From Nitrosopumilus sp. (GTDB lineage: Archaea > Thermoproteota > Nitrososphaeria > Nitrososphaerales > Nitrosopumilaceae): 64,000 bases of DNA. The stretch is from NCBI GenBank assembly GCA_965223425.1, contig OZ245003.1, forward strand, positions 800,001 through 864,000. Reading direction: 5' to 3'. Below the pieces are notes generated by a model, which saw nothing but the letters and a program-made list of their open reading frames with translations, did not search any database and was not told the DNA's origin. Positions 50,533 to 59,058 of the stretch are shown here, in pieces; the stretch's first letter is position 1, and each line of letters starts with the position of its first letter. A program made the position numbers and the translations under genes.

Positions 50533-53042
50533 TTGAACACATGATAACCACCTCGTCGTAGTTGTAGTGATGAATCTACCCCTGTGTACGTATGGGCCAT
50601 GCGCCCTTGATCTTGAATGGGGCAGTCCGAGCTGCTGTGTGACTGGGCCTTGCGCCCTGATAGGTGTATGCAGCTTCCGATCCGTCAAAGATCCGAAAGA
50701 TGTGATAGAAAGGATGAGCAAAGGAACAATCAGCATAGGAATAGACATTGGAAAGAGAAAATGTGACGTATGCGTCATGGACGGGAAAGGAAAGGTTTTG
50801 CATACTGGCCAGTATCAAAACACCGTCTCAGATGCAGACAGATTCGCAGAACATGTGGCACTCAGGTATTCTGCCAGAAGATGTCAGGCAGCATGCGAGA
50901 CGACGGGCAACATGTGGAACATCACATACGGCGCCTTTGAGAGACATGGAATCGACATAAAGCTTGCCAACACCTACAAGATGGCAATAATTGCAAAGAC
51001 GGGAAAGAAGACAGACAAGATTGACGCACAAAAGATAGCAAGCGTATTGAGGATGGATTCAATACCAGAGTGTTATGTGCCGTCAGCTGACACAAGAGGA
51101 GTCCGGGCCATGGTCAGACAGAGGATCAGGACCGTAGTGACTAGGATAAATAACCGCTCATCCTTGTTATCCTGACCTCACGTCTATACAGCATTGTCCA
51201 TATGGATTCCTTCATCACCTTTGTGCTTTCATACATCACGTTTGCAGTGGCCCTTCTTAACAGCCTCCACTGCCCCTCCGTGGTATTCAGCTCCGGGGTG
51301 TACACGGGCAAGTAAACAAGGACTATGTCGCCGTCATACGAGTCGACAAAATCATTGACCATCTTTGACTTGTGGTACGATGCGTTATCAAGAAAGACGA
51401 TGATCTTGCCGTGCTTGAGATGCAGGTGTCCGAGCATGTCCACAAAGCTGTAGCTGTCGGCCTTGGCATAGAACCTGCAGTCAAAGCCGCCGTCGTACAG
51501 CGCCCCAAACGAGTAGAACCTTTTGCGCGACAGGCTGACTGGAGTGGTGACGGGCCTGCCCCTGGGGTACCACCCGTTCTTGGTATTCCACCCAATGATA
51601 AAGGAGGCCTCGTCAACTGTAACCACCGTATGGTCTGGATGACTCCGGATTATCTCCCCTGCTTTTTTTTAAACTTTTTTTTCTCTGATTCTGAGGCTGA
51701 CTTGGGTGCTTTGGACGCGGCTTTCTGCACGAAAAGCCCATCCTGTGCAGTATGTCATATATGCTGACAGTGGCATACTGCACGCCGAACTTTTTTCTGA
51801 TGTGTACGGCCAGCAGCGGTGCCGTCCACACTCCGGACTCAAAGCCGCAACTGCGCGGGCCTGCCAGCAGGTCTGCGCGCAGCTGTTCTATCTGTTCCGG
51901 ATCGAGCTTGTTTGGCGCGCCTTTGTTTTTGATGTCGTACCTGCCGCAGGTGCCAAGCTGTGCGGCGCGCACAAGCCAGTCCCGTACTGTAGAGTATGAC
52001 CTGTTGAGGGCCCTGCATATCTGGCGTATGGACATGCCCTCCTTGCGCATGGCATAGGCCAGCAGCCTTGCTGCGGCCCTGGGATCTGTCTCCTTTTTGT
52101 GCATGCTGCGCAGGCGCGCACTGGAGACGCCGGACAGGAACCTTCTGTCTGCCGGTATTACTATGGAATCGTTGTATTTCATGCGGATTCTGCCATACAC
52201 TGGGATCTAGATCTTGTGGTTGAATAATGTTGTCTGTTTTGTGAGCGATTGTTAATCCAATTCACTACGTACAGGACAGGACACGCGTGATAAACCGCGT
52301 CCACAGCCTGCTTGACAGATACGATGTGAAAATCGATGCCTCTGAGATGTATGCCATAAAGGCCGTAGAACAGATGGAGTCTGCAAGCCTGGGATCCGTA
52401 CATGACGAAATAGTACTGAGTCAGTGTGCCCGGCAGATAAGGAGCCTTACCGAGGAGATAAGACACATGGATGAACACCTGGAAAAGGAGGCATCGCTAA
52501 ACGAGGATGCAAAACTTCTTGCCAGCATGACTGGCATGGGAATCTACTCTGCACTGCTGCTTGCAGTCGAGATAGCCGACATTGTCAGATTCGAGACCCC
52601 AAAGAATCTCGTCTCATGGGCAGGCCTGTGTCCGGCGATACACCAGTCAGGCGACAAAAACTACATGGGCAGAATCAAAAAGCTTGACACCAACAGTCTG
52701 GTCAACTGGGTTATGTGCGAGGCTGCAAACACGGCGGTAATTCATGATACTAGAATGAAGGCAGTATACGAGTCTTCCAAGAGAAGACATGCAGGCAAGC
52801 ATGCACTTGCCATAGTGACTGTCGCCAACAAGATGATAACCATAGCGTGGCACATACTCAAGACCAGGACACCATACGAGTCCCGAAACGAGGGACTGTA
52901 CAAACGCAAGCTTGCCAAGATGGAAAAGGCACGCCAGAGGTGATTGGTATGTGTCATCCCACCAAATTATCTCTCCAGCGTTAGCTATAAATCTTGCACC
53001 GTACAAGTAGGCACGGATCGGAAATACAACTGGGATGCGTTG
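50533..53042 (+). mobile_element. IS110-family element, TTG at both junctions, recombinase (50714-52943) split by IS630
   Basis: IGIDIGK, ACETTG, KTDKIDA (DEDD); MTGMG, HQSG. The empty site CTTGCC is supported by the homolog at 12960-12988. Confidence 0.88.
51135..52267 (-). mobile_element. IS630-family element (second copy of 37909-39039), flanked by CG
   Basis: Near-identical sequence. An A8 run replaces A9 in the frameshift window, so this copy may be inactive. Confidence 0.9.
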
Positions 53043-53524
53043 CCGCAACACGCCCGGTGGTTAACATAGGTGCGCACAAAGGCCTGCGAAGGCGTCTCCA
53101 AGTCCTCAAAGTTCAATGACATGTGTGGCCTGCGATAGTTGTACCACTGCATGAACAGCCTATCGGATCACTCTTTCTCATCATGAACTCCTCAAATCCG
53201 TGCAGCTTGCGCTGTATCTTGCCGTGCAGCATGGAGCTTGACGTGATAACGGGCCTTGCAAACCTTGATCTGTTGTGGAATCGCAAGAAGAAACGGCCCA
53301 AGCCTGCATTCTGACCTTATAATGCTAGGGTGCATCAAGGCACGGAGATTCTGCGCATGATATTCTGATATGACTGTTTTTTCTGTCATGTTTGGCCGGT
53401 TTTTCTGTAATATGTCGTCCCCCAACGCTGCTATGTGTGGGTATGACATGATCATAATATGTTCATGTGTGATGTATGGATGGATTACGCATACGATCTA
53501 TTATAGACATCTTACCCTCCATGC

Positions 53525-54100
53525 ATGGAATTGGATTCTATAATTCTAGTAATCATAGGAATTATTACACCCATCATAATTGCATATCTGTTCAAATATC
53601 CCTTACAGCCAAATATTGAAAAAATCTTTGAAAAAAACAGAAATGAATCACTGGCAGGATTATTTCTCTTGATATACGAACACGATTCTAAATTCGAATA
53701 TTTTTATGAATTTTTTGAAAAAAGATTTTTTATACTAAACGATAATATTTCAAATTTTAAACTTACAAAACAAGAGATAACTGAGTTAGAGCAGGCATAT
53801 CAAAATTATAAAAATCCAGTTATAGATATTTTTAAAAAATTTGAAGAGTTGAAAAATTTGAGTAGTTTTGTAGGTTTGGATGTAATCAAATTATTCAAAT
53901 ATTATTTGGAAGTTTCATATTTTTACTGTGATGAATTATCTATGCAATTCAATGACACACATTATCTAAATGAACGAAAACAAGCTGCAATGAATCTTGT
54001 AACCATCATAAAAAAAGAAAATTCCCCTAAAAATGAATTTGAATTTTTAATTAATGAATTTATATCCAAATGGGAAAACAGGCTACCAGATAGGATATGA
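53525..54100 (+). CDS. very AT-rich hypothetical protein with N-terminal TM helix
   Basis: IILVIIGIITPIIIAYLF; clean 191-aa ORF. Confidence 0.65.
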   Translation: MELDSIILVIIGIITPIIIAYLFKYPLQPNIEKIFEKNRNESLAGLFLLIYEHDSKFEYFYEFFEKRFFILNDNISNFKLTKQEITELEQAYQNYKNPVIDIFKKFEELKNLSSFVGLDVIKLFKYYLEVSYFYCDELSMQFNDTHYLNERKQAAMNLVTIIKKENSPKNEFEFLINEFISKWENRLPDRI

Positions 54101-54189
54101 TCTAGCCTGCAATCTTTGCCAGTTTCTTCAATTCTTCTCGGGTCAAGATGGACAAAACAATCAAAACACTACTATGATATTCTCATTTA

Positions 54190-54378
54190 TTATTTGGAAG
54201 ATTGCCTTTTGAGCTCTTCTTCTACTGCATCCTTTATCTCGGATAGCAGATCCTCTGAATGAATTACCGTGGTTCTAAGTCCCATGATTATCTCGTGTGC
54301 CGTAAGCTCGGTATTTTTTACATGTGGTGCAAACGTATTCTTGAACGTCCTTTGTTTAGATGAATGTTGAATCATCAT
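54190..54378 (-). CDS. small protein, module gene B copy 3
   Basis: TFKNTFAPHVKN.EL..HEIIMGL...DL..EIKDAV.EEL, shared with 54418-54645 and 57460-57669. Confidence 0.75.
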   Translation of the reverse strand: MMIQHSSKQRTFKNTFAPHVKNTELTAHEIIMGLRTTVIHSEDLLSEIKDAVEEELKRQSSK

Positions 54379-54417
54379 TTCCCAATCTCCTATTAAACAA
54401 ACGAGGACAGCACACCA

Positions 54418-54645
54418 TCATATCTTGGCGCGTGTGGCGGGATCGCCCTTGCGCCGTTTGCCCTTTTTGATTCTTTCAAGCTCCTCGCTTACGGCATCCT
54501 GCACCTCCGGCGGGAGATCCTTAAAGTCAAGTGCGGTGGTTTTTAGCCCCAATATTATGGCATGAACCCCAAGCTCGCTGTTCTTCACGTCTGGCGCAAA
54601 CGTGTTCTTGAATGTCCTTTGCCTAGATGTATTCTGAAGTGCCAT
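54418..54645 (-). CDS. small protein, module gene B copy 2
   Basis: Paralog of the two other gene B copies. Confidence 0.75.
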   Translation of the reverse strand: MALQNTSRQRTFKNTFAPDVKNSELGVHAIILGLKTTALDFKDLPPEVQDAVSEELERIKKGKRRKGDPATRAKI

Positions 54646-54706
54646 CTCCCTGTATCCTCATTATGAATAGTTGGTCATACTGCTTTTTATGTTTTAGAGC
54701 CTTGGC
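54623..54706 (-). pseudogene. 3' remnant of module gene A, truncated by IS5
   Basis: AKALKHKKQYDQLFIMRIQGDGTSEYI* versus EKALKYKRRYGQLSIVVLKKNDPPRFI* of 57647-58099. Confidence 0.65.
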
Positions 54707-55932
54707 GGTGCTGTCCAAATTTTTCCCGGAAATTTCCAGAAAAGCTTATAGATCATGACGAAATCCTGCTGCAAGGCTTTTGGATCACGGGCTTGGCACC
54801 ACGTCAATGTCAAAACGACGAAAAAAGGGCAGGAAAAACGGACAGCATGACGCCCACGTCCGAAGGTACAGGATCCAGATGTGCCGGAACTATTCAGCAT
54901 ACGAGAAGAAGCGGAGGGGCGAGGGCAACAAGATAGTGACGAGGATCAAAAAACTCAAAGAAATGATCCCCGCCGTCTTGGAGGGCGCCTCCAAGGACGA
55001 GACATCGGCACTATTGTGCGTGCTGGACATGGTGTTCCGTAACCACTCGTACAGGGTTCACGTCACGTACATGGAACTGCACCCGGGTACGGTAAACGCC
55101 TACGGCCTAAAAAGGATTCCATCAAAATCGTCACTGCACAACATGGCAAAAGCGCTGTCAGGGAGGATCGAGCAGCTCGCAGGACTGCTTCTGGCACAGG
55201 CAGGAGACGACGCGCGCGGCACCGTCATAGGCGACTCGTCTGGGTTCTCCATCATGAATTACGCGGACTGGGAGGAGGCCAAGAAAGGACTCGTCTCAAG
55301 GCGCGAGTTTGACAAGCTGCACGTGCTGGTGGCCCCGCACGGCATGATATCTGCGTGCGAGGTGACGTACGGCAGAAAGCACGACTCGCCGGTGTTCTGC
55401 GACATGTACGGGAGGATCCCGCACGGCGACACCGGCGGCCACGTCCTGCTGGATGCGGCATACCTCTCAAGGAAGAACTGCCGTATCATTGCAGACAGCG
55501 GAAGGGAGCCGGTCATATGTCCCAAGAAGAACTCTGTTCCCAGGGGGTTTAACCCCATGGGAAAAATGCTTCGCTGGCACAGGGACGACCCGTGCGGGTT
55601 TGCAAAGGCCTACGGCCAGCGCAGCCTGGTGGAGAACACGTTTTCTGTCATGAAGGAGAGGTTCGGCGCAGTCGCCCGTGCAAGGACGGCATCCATGAGA
55701 AGGCTGCAGCTTGTCCTAAAGTGCATCTGCTACAACCTGGTCGCATAAGACTGCCGTAATGCGGAGAGGGCTTTCCCAGCGTAAGCTGTACTCCTGCTTG
55801 CCATTCTTTGGGACAAGGCACCTGATGACGGTGTCACCGGTATTCTTCTGGCATGGGCAGCACCGATGCTTGCCTGTTTTTGCGCAAAAATCACGAAACA
55901 TGTGATCGAAATCAGTCAATTTGGACAGCACC
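54707..55932 (+). mobile_element. IS5-family element (transposase 54780-55748)
   Basis: TIR GGTGCTGTCCAAATT; IGDSSGF, KLH, HDSPVF, LLDAAY, YGQRSLVENTFS. Confidence 0.9.
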
Positions 55933-55976
55933 GACTGAACAGAAAAGCTTATTGATCACCAGATCAGCTGCAAGCT

Positions 55977-56966
55977 GTGAACGAAGTACAGGCACTGACG
56001 GAGGCCATGCGTGCAGAGAAGAACATCAAGATTCGTGACAGGATGCCGGCAGTGCGCGGAGTCCTCATGGGACACTCTACGGCAGATCTTGCAGATATTG
56101 CCAACGTAGACCAACGCACAGTCCAGCTGTGGGTATGCAGGTTCAGAAAATATGGCGCAGATGGCCTCCGGGACGCGCCAGGAAGAGGCAAAAGCCCGGA
56201 CGTCTTGTACGCATTGATAGAAAAGCTGGCCGACAGGCTTTGCAAAAAGAACACGCCGACTCCGCGAAAGCTGCGCAACCAGATACGTCGCAAGACAAAC
56301 AGAAGATACAGCATGTCCAACATGCGCAGGATAATGCGCGTCTTTGGATTCTCCTGCAAGACATCCACGACAGTATACGGGAACAGTGCAGGCGCCGACG
56401 AGGTACGACGGTGGCAAAAAGACGCCTCAGCAGTCATTTCACGTGCAAAAAGGCGTGGATTCCGGATTGCGATACAGGACGAGTCGATATTCATAAGGAT
56501 CGGTGAGGACGGCAAGAGGCTGTGGTCGCGCATAGGCGATCCCGTGGAGATAGAAAGGTCAGGACGCAGGGACAAGACAGTCGTATACGGGGCGCTTGCA
56601 GATGACGGCACCAGACTGATGCGCCTGTATGACAAGTTTGACGGCCCTACGTTTGTGAGGTACCTGGCAGAGGCCCGCCGCAAGTGGGGCAAGGTGCTGC
56701 TGATAACGGACAATGCCGGCCAGCACAAGACGGCGGCGGCAAGAAAATACTTGGAGGATCACAAGGGAGAGATCGAGATACTCTACCTGCCTGTTGCCAC
56801 TCCGAAGCTTAGTGCCATCGAGGCGTTGTGGAAGCAGGCCAAGTACAGGCTGATCACGGCAGCACACTATGACACGCTTGAAGATCTCAAACACACAGTG
56901 TCAGAGTACTTTAGGACATGTTCCATTAAACTTGACATCTACAGGTATCTAGCTCGTTGTGTTTGA
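55977..56966 (+). CDS. IS630-family transposase (third type; element ends not resolved)
   Basis: HTH; IQDES, TDNAGQH, TPKLSAIE. Confidence 0.85.
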   Translation: MNEVQALTEAMRAEKNIKIRDRMPAVRGVLMGHSTADLADIANVDQRTVQLWVCRFRKYGADGLRDAPGRGKSPDVLYALIEKLADRLCKKNTPTPRKLRNQIRRKTNRRYSMSNMRRIMRVFGFSCKTSTTVYGNSAGADEVRRWQKDASAVISRAKRRGFRIAIQDESIFIRIGEDGKRLWSRIGDPVEIERSGRRDKTVVYGALADDGTRLMRLYDKFDGPTFVRYLAEARRKWGKVLLITDNAGQHKTAAARKYLEDHKGEIEILYLPVATPKLSAIEALWKQAKYRLITAAHYDTLEDLKHTVSEYFRTCSIKLDIYRYLARCV

Positions 56967-57004
56967 GGCGAAATTTTCAATGATCGCCACTCTAGCCTCT
57001 TACG

Positions 57005-57373
57005 TCTGAAGAGCTGTTAAACTTTTATGACCTTGGATATTTGGGGATTGAAAAGGACTTTCCAAAACAGACCAGCATTTTGCCATACAGAAAAAAGAAA
57101 GGAAGAAAGTTAACTGATTCTCAGAAAGAGTGGAACAAATCTCAAGCTAAAATTAGAATCAGGATAGAGCATGTCATTGCACAAATCAAAAAATTCAGAA
57201 TTAGCGCATATACATTTAGGAACAGATTGCGTCGTTATGACACCATTAGCGAGATAGTCTGCGGAATTGTTAATTTCAAGATACGGCAGAAGCAAAAGCT
57301 TGCTGTGATTCCATAAAACCAAAAACTATCGAGTGAAAGATGGGATTTTGATTGTAATTGCGCAACTCATCTA
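57005..57373 (+). pseudogene. IS5-family (ISL2) transposase 3' remnant
   Basis: DLGYLG...RIRIEHVIAQIKKFRI; matches 74-442. Confidence 0.8.
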
Positions 57374-57459
57374 ATGCATTTGATGAGGCCAACGCCAACT
57401 AGTCTCACGGTGGATTAGTCAGTGTTGAAGAATAAAGTGGAAAGTCGACACGGAAATTT

Positions 57460-57669
57460 TCATGGAGTGTTGTTTATATCGCCTTTTTGCACCGACTGTC
57501 TCCTGAGCTCGGCGGCAACAGCCTTTTGCACCTCCGGCGGCAGATCCTCGTGATGAAGCAGCGACACTCGCAGGCCCATTATCACGTCGTGTACGCTCAA
57601 AAAGTCGTTGTCCATATGCGGTGCAAACGTGTTCTTGAACGTCTGATTAGATGAATCTTGGAGGGTCAT
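57460..57669 (-). CDS. small protein, module gene B copy 1
   Basis: Paralog of the other gene B copies; overlaps gene A by 23 nt. Confidence 0.75.
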   Translation of the reverse strand: MTLQDSSNQTFKNTFAPHMDNDFLSVHDVIMGLRVSLLHHEDLPPEVQKAVAAELRRQSVQKGDINNTP

Positions 57670-58099
57670 TCTTTTTCAACACTACTATAGATAGTTGTCC
57701 ATACCTTCGTTTATACTTTAATGCCTTCTCACGCTCGATTCCGGAGATTGCCATGGTGATATCCCTGTATGTGATCCCGTTAATGTCAGTCCACTGGCCC
57801 AGCATTACGCCTGCTCCCTGTTTGCGAAACCTGACATACTCATTTCTAGTGTGCTCATCAAAGTCCTTCCTGTTGTTGGTGACAGAGATAAGGTAGACTG
57901 GCTGTCCACCATCTGTAAGTCTTTCAAAAAGTGTGTCCCTTTCGTCTGGCTTTGCCAGATCTATACAGGATCCAATGCTCGGATGATATGTTACGGATTT
58001 TGAACCGTGCTGCCGGATTGACTTTACTCCAGCATCGTACTCCCTGCCGTATTCGTGAGGATCGTGTTGTTGCTTGCGATCCAAATCTGGCTCACTCAC
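57647..58099 (-). CDS. hypothetical protein, module gene A (150 aa)
   Basis: Overlaps both neighbouring genes; paralogous 3' remnants at 54623-54706 and about 54356-54390. Confidence 0.75.
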   Translation of the reverse strand: MSEPDLDRKQQHDPHEYGREYDAGVKSIRQHGSKSVTYHPSIGSCIDLAKPDERDTLFERLTDGGQPVYLISVTNNRKDFDEHTRNEYVRFRKQGAGVMLGQWTDINGITYRDITMAISGIEREKALKYKRRYGQLSIVVLKKNDPPRFI

Positions 58100-58263
58100 G
58101 CTACAATCTTTGCAAGCTTTTTGAGTTCTTCTTTGGTCAATGTCAGCCTGAACAGCACTGCGTCTGGATTCTTTGCATTCTTGGCCTGCGGATAAAAACT
58201 AATCACAAACTTGGAGCCGTCCTTTTTTATCTCGTATGGCCTTCCGCCGATGGTATCTCGCAT
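58096..58263 (-). CDS. 55-aa small protein (not in ORF track), paralog of 35019-35186
   Basis: Translates to MRDTIGGRPYEIKKDGSKFVISFYPQAKNAKNPDAVLFRLTLTKEELKKLAKIVA; GTGA overlap with gene A. Confidence 0.7.
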   Translation of the reverse strand: MRDTIGGRPYEIKKDGSKFVISFYPQAKNAKNPDAVLFRLTLTKEELKKLAKIVA

Positions 58264-58317
58264 GATGATATGAAACAGGCGTGATTTATAGAGTTATTGT
58301 ATTATCTAAAATTTTAG

Positions 58318-59007
58318 TCAGATCTCCATTACTGTCACTGTATCGTTTTGATGTATGGCATAATGGTGTAATGTGGTATCAAGACAGATGTGGTATTTGT
58401 TTTGCCGTACCTCTGGTGCTCTGGTATGGCCAAATATCTGCCTGATTGCTGGAATGTCTGTAAACTCGTCATAGTCACACCATACGATTCCGCCGTTTTT
58501 GTGTGGACCACCGCGCGATATTCCGACCTGAAAGAATTTTTGCAGACGGTTCGCATCATCAATATGTCTTAGATCCTCAACTGACTGTACCATGAACTCT
58601 TTCAGACTCACAGTTCCATATTCCTCAAAGAACTGCCTGCTTACACCTGCATGGGTACAAAGATAGCTGCCAACATAGCAGTACGAAGTCATTTTCGTCC
58701 ACGGTATGTCATATGAATCTATGATGTATCTTTTGAACTCGGAGAATCCAGAGCAGTGAAATGCAGGATTGCCAGTCATGTAGTGCAGATCATGGTTTCC
58801 AACCAAGTGAACTCTGTCTTGCTGCTCCAGTGATGTGGCAAGCCATCTTGCAGTATTGTGAGTGTCCAAGGCCGTCTCGTAGAACGCATCAAAATAATCT
58901 CCCAGAAATACAGTCTTGTCCGGGGATTCCCTTTCTATGATGGATTCTGCAGTCTGGAATTTTGTGTGGATGTCCGGTATTATGAGGGTTTTAGCGTCGT
59001 GTGCCAT
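58318..59007 (-). CDS. calcineurin-like metallophosphoesterase
   Basis: PDIH, LGDYFD, VGNHD, THAG, FGHT. Confidence 0.9.
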   Translation of the reverse strand: MAHDAKTLIIPDIHTKFQTAESIIERESPDKTVFLGDYFDAFYETALDTHNTARWLATSLEQQDRVHLVGNHDLHYMTGNPAFHCSGFSEFKRYIIDSYDIPWTKMTSYCYVGSYLCTHAGVSRQFFEEYGTVSLKEFMVQSVEDLRHIDDANRLQKFFQVGISRGGPHKNGGIVWCDYDEFTDIPAIRQIFGHTRAPEVRQNKYHICLDTTLHHYAIHQNDTVTVMEI

Positions 59008-59058
59008 ACTTGGTATGATGCATGTATGAATTTGTGTCTAGCTTTGCCATGATAAATA

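Larger units (their letters stand above)
50442..53450 (-). mobile_element. degenerate IS481-family element interrupted by IS110
   Basis: TGT end at 50442. The minus strand at about 53075-53160 reads QWYNYRRPHMSLNFEDLETPSQAF. The far boundary is approximate. Confidence 0.55.
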
